Origin: Podarcis tiliguerta | Taxonomy: Eukaryota | Strand: one strand, 5' to 3' | DNA: 64,000 bases | Assembly: GCA_965153285.1 (NCBI GenBank) | Contig: OZ229113.1 | Shown here: positions 23,972 to 36,587 of the stretch, one piece after another | How positions within the stretch are numbered: the stretch's first letter is position 1 | How the letters are laid out: each line of letters begins with the position of its first letter | Notes under the pieces: generated by a model | What the model was told of the DNA's origin: nothing | The model's input: only the letters and a program-made list of their open reading frames with translations | Database searches by the model: none | Translations under genes and position numbers: made by a program

Positions 23972-26022
23972 TAGTTCAGAATGTAGCATAGAATCTGAAG
24001 CTCCAGCCCTAATACACAATGTGCAAGATATTTAACAACACACCCACCTTCAAATTTGCCTCTTTCTCTGCACCAAATCTTAATTTCTGCAAGTAGTTTA
24101 TTATGGCTGTCACACAGCATCCCTCCTACTTCCAAGTCTGTATAATGAAACCATGTGCACAGACATTCTCAGAGAGGAATGTTATGCTTGACATAAGGCT
24201 GCTGCTAAAAATAATGGCATATCTGCACTGAGTTGTCCTTTTCTTCTATATTTATTTGAGAGATTTTCTGTAATACTCTTCAGCATTGCCAGTCCTGGGT
24301 GGGCATTTCCATATGGATTACATCATATAAAAGCTTGGAAATCTAGATAAATTTCAATATGTAAGCTCCCTTGCCACATTTTTTGATATAATCCCATAGG
24401 CTCCACAAACAGCAGCCAATGATGTGGTGCAAGGGAATGCCTAGTATTATGATGTCATCACATGGGATTACTCCTTCTGCATATTACCAGGGGAGAGGCA
24501 AGAAATGAACATGGGGGGTCCCATTTTAGGTTGCAGCCATATGTTGTATATAAGGCATAGTTCTTTCTGCCTTTGCGGATTTCCAGACTTTGAAACTCTC
24601 TTCTCCCAAGGATAGAAAAAAAGCATGCATATTTTTATCGAAGCAAGCAAGAGATAGGCAGGGGATTCTTAGAGGTTCCTGGTACGGTAGTTAACTGCTA
24701 GATTCCCTTCAGTGTAATGCTAATGGATGTGCTCATGTTCTATCTACATGTCCACATGTATGTTTATGGAAGTACAGTACCACTTTGGGAGTCTTTAATC
24801 TGGACACAGAGGCTCTTGTGTTATGCTGCTCCTAATTTAATATTGCCAACACAAGTCTTGTTGATATGGGGAAAATAGCAAGAGCCACGCACATTATTCT
24901 ACTTGAATACTGTATTTACATCAAATTTCGGGCCATAAGTAAAATGGCTTTGCGGCTTAAAGTGCCAAGACAAAAATGCAAAATAGCAAGATGATTAGTT
25001 TTTACCCAAAATCCACATTGCCTGGACCTTAAGCTTAGTTACTGATGTAGAGATACAAATAGATGGAGAGGAGAGATTTGCCTTTAAGGGGCTGGGAGGG
25101 CACTAGGGAACCAAAAGGGCTGCAGTGGAGGCTTAAATCCACAAGAGGAACATGCTCCAGTGCAAATCACTGGAGTTGGGATAACACAATGGTTGAGACT
25201 GGGGAAATGAGAGATAGAGGTCAGAAAGAGATGGTAATAATAACTTACCTGAAGGAAGAGATAAGTTATTTCCTGAGTTTCAGCTTGCAGGTGCACAGTC
25301 ATGACTTGAGTCTTGATAAAAATTTATCTGGTGATTTGAGTCTCTCAAAGAATCAGCCAGCTGCCTCTGTTTTCTGAAACTTTTGGTTCCGTTGTGGATG
25401 GGGTGGCCAATAAAGGTGGCCTTTAGCTGGATCTGTCCCCCAGTGTTTCTGGACAGGGACATAGCTATTTTCTTTTATCCACTGGAGGAATTCACCCTGC
25501 TTTCTATAAATCCTTCTAACAATGCTCCAAAAATGGAATAAACTCTGGCTTATGCGTCTCACAAGGATCCTGAATAAACCCAAAGAAAGCAGCAAACATG
25601 ACTAAGAGAAGGAGATGGGAAAGATGGAGAAAGGATCAAGCTAAATCTGAAGAAGTTCAGCTTCTGCAGCCATCCTTGGGAAAAAAGAGAAGCATGGAGA
25701 AGCCTAGCAAGCATTGTACCCATGAAACCAAAGAGGTTGGGGATTTGAGGAATGCCCAGTTATAGGCAAGGGACTTCCTGTTGGGCATCTACTCTAATGC
25801 AAAGGGTGATCTTGTTAAGGACAGGGCTAGACGCAGGACACAGGTCTATCTGCTGGCATCACAATGCGGTTTTCCCACTGCAGAATTTCTGCATGGTCAT
25901 GAAAAGATTCCTAAGCCACTCGCAGCATCCTTCTCAAGTGACCACTCAGGAAAGAATGGAATGCAAAAAGGGTGTTTAATCTAATTACCAGCTTGCTGGA
26001 GGAAACAATTAGAGAAAACTAA

Positions 26023-26390
26023 GGGATGCAGGTGGTTCTGTGGTCTAAACCACAGGGCCTAGGGCTTGCCTATCAGAAGGTCGGCGGTTTGAATCCCTGC
26101 GACGGGGTGAGCTCCCGTTGCTCGGTCCCTGCTCCTGCCAACCTAGCAGTTCGAAAGCATGTCAAAGTGCAAGTAGATAAATAGGTACCGCTCCAGTAGG
26201 TAGGTAAACGGTGTTTCCGTGTGCTGCTCTGGTTCGCCAGAAGTGGCTTAGTCATGCTGGCCACGTGACCCGGAAGCTGTCTGTGGACAAGCGCCGGCTC
26301 CCTCGGCCAGTAAAGTGAGATGAACGCTGCAACCCCAGAGTCGTCCGTGACTGGACCTAACAGTCAGGGGCCCCTTTACCTTTACCTTTA
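26023..26390 (+). mobile_element. Sauria SINE (in duplication copy 1)
   Basis: Homologous to 8558-8894; ACCTTT tail. Confidence 0.9.
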
Positions 26391-26698
26391 ATGGCCAAAT
26401 AAGAGTGTATACTTGCATTAGATATAGAAAAAAAATCTGGAGATGCGTCTAGCCACCATATGCTTGATGACACACCTATTTTAACCTAGCATTTGACACC
26501 TGGACTTGCCCTGTTCTTCTGAATAATAATAATAATGCTTGCAACTATGTTGTCCCTGTGACTGCTTGCTCCCATGCACCGCTTGCTGCTCTGAGTTGTG
26601 ATCACACCAATATGGCTTTGTTACTTTGCAATTGCCCTGCACTCACTGCTCTTGCCAAGCCAGAATAGACACACAATTTCAGGGTACCTGCAGGGTTC

Positions 26699-27030
26699 CA
26701 GCTGATCTGAGCTTCTCAGTAACAGTGGGATGAACAGAAGTCAAAGAAACCCATGTAAATTCCCCTGCAAATAGTAATTATTTTAAGTTTTTCGCCCCTC
26801 GTTGAAGCATTAGTGCAGCACTAGCTAGTTCGTCATAGATTAAATTTAGCCCTGCCTGTGTTGCCAGTGAAAGGCAGTGGAATGTGAGATGTGGCCAACC
26901 ATGTAAACAAGCCCAGCCACGCCTCGAATATCTTCCACTCTAGATTCAAGTGGAGAAAATCATTCTATAAGGCAGAGAGAGTCTGATCCTAGTTAGTTCA
27001 GCAAATCGTACTGCTTTAAAATCTTCTAAG
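26699..27030 (+). promoter_or_regulatory. SGCG: Probable SGCG muscle promoter plus non-coding exon, copy 1
   Basis: E-box CAGCTG 26699, MEF2 consensus TTAAATTTAG 26840-26849, MCAT TGGAATG 26878, forkhead TGTAAACA 26902, NKE TCAAGTG 26946; ends in ttctaag|GTAAGT (consensus donor), resembling the mammalian SGCG 5' UTR end (...ctaag|ATG) as recalled. Confidence 0.7.
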
Positions 27031-27265
27031 GTAAGTCTTTCACATATGCTTGGATGTATATATGTTATGAGCCGTAACTAAATTGTACGTGTCCTTTTCT
27101 TGTTACGCTGCTTGCAGTTCTGTTAATCTTCCCTTTGGGCCTGTTATCTTAACTTCAAGCACCAAACTTTACGTTTAATGTTTTGTATATCATTGCTGAT
27201 TTAAACATTGGTAGAGCTTCAGCTTAGCAAAGCAAGTTTTCTTCATTGCATTAAATTGCATAATA

Positions 27266-27526
27266 CCGTATTTTTCGCTCTATAAGACGCATCAGACCAC
27301 AAGACGCACCTAGTTTTTGGAGGAGGAAAACAAGAAAAAAAATATATTCTGAATCTCAGAAGCCAGAACAGCAAGAGGGATCGCTGTGCAGTGAAAGCAG
27401 CGATCCCTCATGCTGTTCTGGCTTCTGGGATAGCTGCACAGCCTGCATTCACTCCATAAGACGCACACACATTTCCCCTTACTTTTTAGGAGGGGAAAAG
27501 TGAGTCTTATAGAGGAAAAAATACGG
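27266..27526. mobile_element. pogo/Tc2-type MITE (in duplication copy 1)
   Basis: TA|CCGTATTTTTCGCTCTATAAGAC...GTCTTATAGAGGAAAAAATACGG|TA. Confidence 0.88.
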
Positions 27527-28269
27527 TAGATTAGCAATATGTTATTTTTATTTTTTTAAATGTTACTCTTTTCTTTTGGGGACAGTCTGATTTACACAGG
27601 ATGAATGGTCTCTGCACTCTCCAAGAAAACTCTGGCTTATTTTGCCTGATAGTTTTCCTGTCTCCCCTACCCACCTCCTCCCCACCCCTAAAACAAATGG
27701 CTGCAACTACATGGATAATTTTACATGGATTATTTTCTTACTAAGAAAAATATTATCATTTTTATTTAATAACAGAATTTCACTTGTTCTTGTCACATAT
27801 GGATGTGAATATAAAATCTTGTGCTTCAGTTATATGCTCTTTTAATCCAGTGGTATTATATACACATATGTATCAGTAAGGATCAAGCTAAATCTGAAGA
27901 AGTTCAGCTTCTGCAGCCATCCTTGGGAAAAAAGAGAAGCATGGAGAAGCCTAGCAAGCATTGTACCCATGAAACCAAAGAGGTTGGGGATTTGAGGAAT
28001 GCCCAGTTATAGGCAAGGGACTTCCTGTTGGGCATCTACTCTAATGCAAAGGGTGATCTTGTTAAGGACAGGGCTAGACGCAGGACACAGGTCTATCTGC
28101 TGGCATCACAATGCGGTTTTCCCACTGCAGAATTTCTGCATGGTCATGAAAAGATTCCTAAGCCACTCGCAGCATCCTTCTCAAGTGACCACTCAGGAAA
28201 GAATGGAATGCAAAAAGGGTGTTTAATCTAATTACCAGCTTGCTGGAGGAAACAATTAGAGAAAACTAA

Positions 28270-28637
28270 GGGATGCAGGTGGTTCTGTGGTCTAAACCAC
28301 AGGGCCTAGGGCTTGCCTATCAGAAGGTCGGCGGTTTGAATCCCTGCGACGGGGTGAGCTCCCGTTGCTCGGTCCCTGCTCCTGCCAACCTAGCAGTTCG
28401 AAAGCATGTCAAAGTGCAAGTAGATAAATAGGTACCGCTCCAGTAGGTAGGTAAACGGTGTTTCCGTGTGCTGCTCTGGTTCGCCAGAAGTGGCTTAGTC
28501 ATGCTGGCCACGTGACCCGGAAGCTGTCTGTGGACAAGCGCCGGCTCCCTCGGCCAGTAAAGTGAGATGAACGCTGCAACCCCAGAGTCGTCCGTGACTG
28601 GACCTAACAGTCAGGGGCCCCTTTACCTTTACCTTTA
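28270..28637 (+). mobile_element. Sauria SINE (in duplication copy 2)
   Basis: Same as 26023-26390. Confidence 0.9.
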
Positions 28638-28945
28638 ATGGCCAAATAAGAGTGTATACTTGCATTAGATATAGAAAAAAAATCTGGAGATGCGTCTAGC
28701 CACCATATGCTTGATGACACACCTATTTTAACCTAGCATTTGACACCTGGACTTGCCCTGTTCTTCTGAATAATAATAATAATGCTTGCAACTATGTTGT
28801 CCCTGTGACTGCTTGCTCCCATGCACCGCTTGCTGCTCTGAGTTGTGATCACACCAATATGGCTTTGTTACTTTGCAATTGCCCTGCACTCACTGCTCTT
28901 GCCAAGCCAGAATAGACACACAATTTCAGGGTACCTGCAGGGTTC

Positions 28946-29277
28946 CAGCTGATCTGAGCTTCTCAGTAACAGTGGGATGAACAGAAGTCAAAGAAACCCA
29001 TGTAAATTCCCCTGCAAATAGTAATTATTTTAAGTTTTTCGCCCCTCGTTGAAGCATTAGTGCAGCACTAGCTAGTTCGTCATAGATTAAATTTAGCCCT
29101 GCCTGTGTTGCCAGTGAAAGGCAGTGGAATGTGAGATGTGGCCAACCATGTAAACAAGCCCAGCCACGCCTCGAATATCTTCCACTCTAGATTCAAGTGG
29201 AGAAAATCATTCTATAAGGCAGAGAGAGTCTGATCCTAGTTAGTTCAGCAAATCGTACTGCTTTAAAATCTTCTAAG
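28946..29277 (+). promoter_or_regulatory. SGCG: Probable SGCG muscle promoter plus non-coding exon, copy 2
   Basis: Same sequence as copy 1 at offset +2247; MEF2 site 29087-29096; donor at 29277/29278. Confidence 0.7.
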
Positions 29278-29512
29278 GTAAGTCTTTCACATATGCTTGG
29301 ATGTATATATGTTATGAGCCGTAACTAAATTGTACGTGTCCTTTTCTTGTTACGCTGCTTGCAGTTCTGTTAATCTTCCCTTTGGGCCTGTTATCTTAAC
29401 TTCAAGCACCAAACTTTACGTTTAATGTTTTGTATATCATTGCTGATTTAAACATTGGTAGAGCTTCAGCTTAGCAAAGCAAGTTTTCTTCATTGCATTA
29501 AATTGCATAATA

Positions 29513-29773
29513 CCGTATTTTTCGCTCTATAAGACGCATCAGACCACAAGACGCACCTAGTTTTTGGAGGAGGAAAACAAGAAAAAAAATATATTCTGAA
29601 TCTCAGAAGCCAGAACAGCAAGAGGGATCGCTGTGCAGTGAAAGCAGCGATCCCTCATGCTGTTCTGGCTTCTGGGATAGCTGCACAGCCTGCATTCACT
29701 CCATAAGACGCACACACATTTCCCCTTACTTTTTAGGAGGGGAAAAGTGAGTCTTATAGAGGAAAAAATACGG
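29513..29773. mobile_element. pogo/Tc2-type MITE (in duplication copy 2)
   Basis: Same as 27266-27526. Confidence 0.88.
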
Positions 29774-30324
29774 TAGATTAGCAATATGTTATTTTTATTT
29801 TTTTAAATGTTACTCTTTTCTTTTGGGGACAGTCTGATTTACACAGGATGAATGGTCTCTGCACTCTCCAAGAAAACTCTGGCTTATTTTGCCTGATAGT
29901 TTTCCTGTCTCCCCTACCCACCTCCTCCCCACCCCTAAAACAAATGGCTGCAACTACATGGATAATTTTACATGGATTATTTTCTTACTAAGAAAAATAT
30001 TATCATTTTTATTTAATAACAGAATTTCACTTGTTCTTGTCACATATGGATGTGAATATAAAATCTTGTGCTTCAGTTATATGCTCTTTTAATCCAGTGG
30101 TATTATATACACATATGTATCAGTAAGGTTCATTCTGTTGTATGTGATGCATCAGCCACAGTTGAGCTCTGCTGACCTAAACTGTTTCCACAAATGACAT
30201 ACAAATTCTCCCAGGCATTTAAGCAAGGAGCCTTTTGTATTCATGCAGGATTTTTGTGACTCTGGAGGTGGGGCTAAACATGCTTCTGCAGCCAGACAGG
30301 ATCATGTTCTCCTTTAGTTCAGTA

Positions 30325-30547
30325 CAGTGGTACCTTGGGTTACATACGCTTCAGGTTAAAGACTCCGCTAACCCAGAAATAGTACCTCGGGTTACGAACT
30401 TTGCTTCAGGATGAGAACAGAAATCGTGCTCTGGCGGTGCAGCAGCAGCAGGAGGCCCCATTAGCTAAAGTGGTGCTTCAGGTGAAGAGCAGTTTTGGGT
30501 TAAGAACGGACCTCCGGATCGAATTAAGTACTTAACCCGAGGTACCA
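30325..30547. mobile_element. Tc1/mariner MITE, family A
   Basis: Family A sequence; the right TIR runs into an 11-bp tandem repeat (TACCATGGTAA, about 3 units). Confidence 0.88.
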
Positions 30548-31419
30548 TGGTAATACCATGGTAATACCATGGTCAAGATTCAGCTTCAGTTTACTTCTCT
30601 GCATGCTAGCTTTTGTGCATTGAGCTATTTGCAGGAGATCAGGTGAGCACAGACCCTGGTTCTTTGGTAGGGTTAAGCTTATTACACATTATGTCCAGCA
30701 GTTGGACAGTGGAATGTCTCTCTCCATTTCCTTCCCCCAAATCCGCGCCAGAGGGTTCCTCAACCCTGTGGAGCAGATTTTGAGGAGGACAGGAGGGCTG
30801 CAAGGGCCTGGAGAAGAGGGGGAGAAGGAGGAAGTTCCATTGCACAAGGAAACGTTTTGCACCACTGTAATAGTAAGCGAAGTCCTAGAATTGTGCTCTA
30901 GAAAAAGAAAAAATCCTGACAAGTTAAAGTACTTATTTTTACTTAGGGAGCAATTCTTTATTTTTGGTAGTGTTTGTCTTCCCGGCTTTTAAATAATTAA
31001 AATAGCCCTATCTTGCTTAAACAGAGAACAGCATGCTCAAGTAATATATTGTAGTTTGTAGCCTCTTATTTCAAAGGAGCCTGTGAGAGGCATTTAATAA
31101 TCACATCCCACTCTTTTGTGGAACACTGATAAAGGTAGAAATGCATTTCCAATGTAGTGAAACACCATGAGACATTATTAATGCAGTGTCACTGCAAAAC
31201 TGATATTTAGCACTCCCATATGCTTAACTGGAATTTATTGTTGCTTAGTCGGTAACAGCACAATCATATAATGCCTATTCCTAAGGATGCCTACTCAGAA
31301 TTAAGTCCCATTGAGTTCAGTGGGGCCTACTTGCAGATAAACAAGTATAGGATTGCAAACTCAGGTGCGCTCAGTAGCACGGAGGTCCTTCCATCAGCTT
31401 CAGCTGGTGGCCCAGCTAT

Positions 31420-31575
31420 GCCCCATTTGGCCAGGGATAGCGTAAGTACTGTTCATCTATGCTCTGGTAACCTGTAGGTTAGATTACTGCAATGTATTGT
31501 ACACAGGGCTGCCTCTGAAGACAGCTTGGAAGCTTCAGCTGGTGGAGAATTCAGCAGCCAGATTGCTCACCAAGA
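31420..31575 (+). mobile_element. Degraded L2-like LINE fragment
   Basis: LDYCNVLYTGLPLKTAWKLQLVENSAARLLT, a typical L2 post-RT motif. Confidence 0.75.
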
Positions 31576-33172
31576 CCAAACAAGATCTGATGTGCACCCC
31601 CTGTTGTCTCTCCCCCTCCCCCTTTGCTAAAAGGAGCCACAGGTAGAAGATTGGGGCAGTGGCACAATGAAACCCTTTGCAAAAGCATGCCTCTGCCAGG
31701 ATATAAGAGCTTTTTTCAGAGAAGGGGCATGCCCCAAGTGCTTGTGAATATCTCCACAGTTATGGCTGGGGGTAGGCCCCAAAATTGGGCATTCTGTAGG
31801 TGGAGCAGGGTTGGGACAGAGGACTTGCTGGATCCATGACCCCTTTATTCCTTGAAGAGGTCTCAGGATCAGACCTTCCCTCTGTGGCAGCCTGAAGCTA
31901 GTATAACAGTTCTCCACGTTATTGGAATGGAAGAGAAGAAAAGGAAAAAGAGATGCACGGCAACGCGGAAACCCCTGCTATGCCAGCCTCCTACTCTGAC
32001 TTGCCAGGAGCCAGCAGGGCTTTGAAAGCTGCTATTTACCGCTTCGTACCCCTCCACATCTCCACATCCCACTTAGGAATGCACTCATACTCACTTTGTT
32101 GTTGAGCCTCATAAATATTTACTAGAAATTCAAATATGGGTTTGGAAGACTCAGGGCTTGTTTGCTGATGAGTTTCTTTCGGGGGAAATTCTCACAAGGA
32201 TTACATCCGGTCCCTATTGATTGAGTTCTGTAGTGGTGAAAAGTTGTTTCTTCTTCTTCTGAGTGACACCACAAATAGCATTGTGGTGGTGATGTTAACT
32301 GATTGCAACACTCCTTGCGCTAAATCCTTAGCTCAGGAGCCTTGGAAAACCCTTTCATGTCTCTCGCGATCCCTGCGGTGAGCTATCTGCAGCTGTTTTC
32401 AACTTGCGTATATTGACACAAGGAGTTGCTCATCTGTATTTAGGGCTTCTCAAGGCTCCTACTGTAGATGACAATAGGCTAGTTTGCATGATATGTGCCT
32501 GCCTGTCTGACAGCCCTGATGCATGGATGGGAGTGAGCAGACACATCGCCCCACCCACTCACCTAGCGCGTTGTTCCCTTCTTATGCACACTTGGACGGA
32601 TTGCCCTGCTTCCATCTATACATACACAGGGGGGGGGGGGGAAATCCCCACAATCCATGCACTTTGTACGTGCATAGCTAGAACCTGGACTGATGCCACA
32701 AGTACAGATGGAGATGGTGCACCAGAGGGATCAGAAACAGCTGTGGGCACTTGATCCCCTCCAAAAGGTGGGCCACAATCAAAGTGGCTGGGGCTCAAAA
32801 GCCTGGCTTTCTTTTAGATGACTGAAAAGATTAGCACCTCAAAGAGTATTATGAAACAGTGTGGTTGTGCGTAAATATTTCACATTAACTTGGCAGGATT
32901 CTGAAAGCAAGTATTCTTCCTCCTTTATTGTTGTGCTAGCAGCAGAGGCAGTGCAAACATACAGTGCTAACTTTTAACAGCAGGTAGTGCACAGTAGGAA
33001 TCATCTTTATCTTGTAAAATTGGTTGGTGATTGTTATTTGAATAGTTGGGCATGAGACTGAGAGCATGGGGAAAGCTGGGGTTTCTGTACCTTCTATATG
33101 GGTGGGTTTTTTTTGTAAACTGTTCAAAGGTTCTCTTACAATCCAGTGGTATATACATTTTCTAAAAAAATA

Positions 33173-33892
33173 CAAGGTGTGACCAGAAAATTCGGCGAAC
33201 GGTCACAGAAATCGGACAGTGAGAAATATTTGAACATACATACCTTACAGGCCTTCAAAGTAGGCCCCCTCTGATACAACGCACAGTTGACAATGTTCGT
33301 AGAACTGTTGGAAGCTTCCGGAGAAGTCCTCTTTTCATACTGCTTTCAGTTCCCTCATCACAGCAGCTTGGACATGTGAAATGTTGGAAAATCTTTGCCT
33401 TTTCAGTGCAGATTTCAGTTTTGGAAAAAGAAAGAAATCCAGTGGGGCCAGTTCGGGAGACTATGGAGGGTGGGACAACTCAGGAACGATTGCACACGGA
33501 ATATGCAATTCTTCCGCCATCATTCGGACGGACAAACGCCAATCCTGCATCAATAACTCATGAACTCTGTCGACATTTGAAATATTAAAAAAAATTGTCC
33601 AGTAGCAATTTTTTTATATATTTCGACTGCGTCAGACCAACACGGCTACCTACCTGAATCTGTCGACATTTGCTGCCATTCTGCTCGTTGACGGTCTGCC
33701 AGACCAAGGGTCATTTTTGATGGTTTGCCGCCCTTCACGGAAATGCGTAAACCACTCATACACTGTCTTACAAGTTACAGCTTCGTACACAATTGTGAGC
33801 ATTTCGTGGGTTTCCGATGCTGATTGTATGCTCACATATTTCTCACTGTCCGATTTCTGCGACCATTCACCAAACTTTCCGGTCACACCTTG
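33173..33892 (-). mobile_element. Internally deleted mariner transposon
   Basis: TA-flanked ~55-bp TIRs (CAAGGTGTGACC.GAAA...); transposase remnants SASETHEML...TVYEWF.HFREGR..I.NDPWSGRPSTS and PELAPLDFFLFPKLK. Confidence 0.9.
33580..33658. mobile_element. Short Penelope-like insertion inside the mariner
   Basis: 14-bp TSD TCTGTCGACATTTG (33566-33579, 33659-33672); cagaccaacacggctacc resembles reptile Penelope termini (recall). Confidence 0.6.
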
Positions 33893-34704
33893 TAAATAAA
33901 GTAAATGTGATGGAATCACTTTGCTGACTTGCTCATCTTTCCTTCTCTCCAGCATCCTATTTGTGTTTTTTAAAAAAGGGAAAAAATGCAAGCTCTCTGT
34001 ATTCAGTTCTGAAGTGCTGTCAAATGTACATTCAAATGGAGTTTTCATTTAAGTGAGAGAAGAAGGGAGAGGAACATGGGCTGAGATAAGTCAGCACTAG
34101 ATCTTGTTGGGTGGATAGTCTCATCTTATGGTTTCGTCACTGCTTGGCACTGGACTGGGTTGCATCTGAGAGGAGTACTTCTTGTTGCTCTTTTCCTTTT
34201 AAAGAGAGAGAGTGAAGTTCTTGCCTAGCTTCCTGACTGCTGGGTCCTTTTATGCTTTCCATGCCGGTTGTGATGGCTGAATGGCTACAGGTTAATGAAT
34301 GAACAGTAATCTACAGGTTAATGAATGGAAAACGAAAGGGAGAATCTTCTTAATGAGCAATGAAAAGAAGCTAGAAGTAGTGGTTTTCTTTATTAGCAAC
34401 CAAATTGAATTACCTCTTCCTCCCCCTGCCCCCAAAACTTTTGAACATTTGCTTTAAAAAGCCCATTTCCTTGCTCTCTGGACACACTGTAAGTAGTGAA
34501 GTTCTACTGTTGTTAATTCAAACTGTGTAGCAGCTGCTGTGGCTATTATTAACCAGCAATGTGCCTGGCTATTTTCTCAGTGTGTCATTAAATAAACACG
34601 TTGTCAAGTCTACTGACTTCGCAGACTCTAGAAATTTACTTTTAATCATTAGTTGTTCAATTTCCAAGTTTTAAACTACACAAACTTAGCTTCCTTGGGG
34701 AGTT

Positions 34705-34820
34705 TTAAGTAGAGGTTGGATGGCCATCTGCCATGCATGACCTAGCTGAGATTCCTGCATTGCAGGGGGTTGGACTGGATGACCCTCAAAGGGTCACTTC
34801 CAACTCTACAATTCTATGAG
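34705..34820 (+). mobile_element. CR1 LINE 3' end fragment
   Basis: ...gggggttggactggatgaccctc...ttccaactctacaattctatga; similar remnant at 46298-46370. Confidence 0.8.
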
Positions 34821-35261
34821 TCTCGTTCATTTTGAATATAATCCAAGAAAGCCCATGCTTTCAAAGCATGTATGTTAAGCAAAATTCATGCTGGAACGTA
34901 AATGTCTAAAGATAGGAGTTCTACATGTCTCTAGACTGCCATTAATTTTCAGCCCAGTTTTTTATAGCGGCATGGTTGTAAAATAAAGGTTCAGCCATAG
35001 GAGTCGTTGAATCTTTGAGCTAACAATAGTTGTTGCAGCTCAATGTTACACATCATGTTACATTGGTTTTGCAGATTCCTTACTCCAGTCGTGGGGTAGA
35101 GTGTCTCCATATTCTTCTTCCAATCCTATTCACTTTAAATAGGACGTGCATGATAGCATCAATATATCCATAAATAAAACAAAACCCTATAAATTACATA
35201 TTACATCAGAAGGAATTCATCTGATTTATGGGTTGCATCCATATAAGTTCTACTAAGAGTA

Positions 35262-35425
35262 AAGATAAAGGTAAAGGGACCCCTCACCGTTAGGTCCAGT
35301 TGCAGATGACTCTGGAGTTGCGGCGCTCATCTCGCTTTACTGGCCAAGGGAGCCAGCGTACAGCTTCCGGGTCATGTGGCCAGCATGACTAAGCCGCTAC
35401 TGGCAAACCAGAGCGGCGCACGGAA
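35262..35425 (-). mobile_element. 5'-truncated Sauria SINE
   Basis: Reverse complement of the SINE 3' half; 10-bp TSD ACTAAGAGTA at 35252-35261 and 35426-35435. Confidence 0.88.
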
Positions 35426-36587
35426 ACTAAGAGTAGGCAAATTGATATTAGTGGGTCCAAATCAGTCATAATTCATTAATTTCAATTGGTCTCCTAGTGA
35501 GCCAGATATGTGTCTCTCCCTACCCCACAGATCAGCTTTTGACAGGGAATGAGGTCACCCACCTGTCAGTCATCTGACATCATGATATCAGGAGACTGAA
35601 AGTTGGGTGTTCCCTCCTTCATGTAAACATTGACCTGATGGGGTGGGAACGTGCTGGCAAATCAGCACCCAACAGGATTGACCACCACTCCGCTATCCAT
35701 CAGCTGAAATCACCCATGTGGTTTGGCGTCCCAGCCCAAATTTGACCTCCTGGTGGGCCAGTATTGGCCCCTGGGTCAGAGGTTCCCACCCCTGCCTTCA
35801 GCTGTCAGCATTTCGGGCAGGGCCAGCCCACCCATTAGGCAGATTGAGTAAGCAGCAGGGAGAGACTAGAGGACAGAGCTGTGTGCCCCCATACAACCTG
35901 CTAGGTACCCCTAAAAGCTAACCTGCTTCCCTCAGGTGTGGTGGAGAATGTTGTCCCATTTGCCATTGTTGAATTAAGGTTCAGCTGTCAGCCTGGTCAG
36001 CTTCTGTACACAGTATAGGGCTCTGTCATCTTGTCCTTTGCCTCAGGTCACAAAATCTATTGGATCAGTCCCAAGTTTGAACAGTACAGAGTTGAGAATA
36101 TGCACAATTTAGGCCTAGACTCTCTTATTCAATCCATAGGCAATATCTCATAATCTAGAAAAAAGACCAACGGCCGTCATTTCTAAAATTTACAGCCAGC
36201 AGTTAAAGCAACTTGCATTTTACCGGGGGGTGGGCGGATGGGACAGCACAAAGCAAGCATAATTTTAGAGCTGTTACCTGATTAAAGGAAACCTTAATCA
36301 TATCATTCTAGATTATTCCATCAAGTAACTTTTTGTATTTTTAATGATGCATGCATTGTCACAGCAGACATCGTCTCAGAAGACGTATTCTCTCCTAAAA
36401 GGCAGAGTGCTTCTTTTAAAAGATGCTTGCCATCTGCAAATAATGTTGTGGGGTTTTCCTTCTTAATTGCTTTCCAGTTCATTAGGGGCAATTTTTAAAA
36501 TCAATTAACGTAGCTAAGTAACTGGTTATGCATTGCAGTCCAAAACATTTTAATGATTTTCTAATGATTATTTTTCTCCTCTAGCAG

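Larger units (their letters stand above)
25631..30128. repeat. 2247-bp direct tandem duplication
   Basis: 25631-27877 repeats at 27878-30124; AAGG microhomology at 25631, 27878 and 30125; five ORF-track entries recur identically at +2247; no mismatch seen by eye. Confidence 0.98.
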
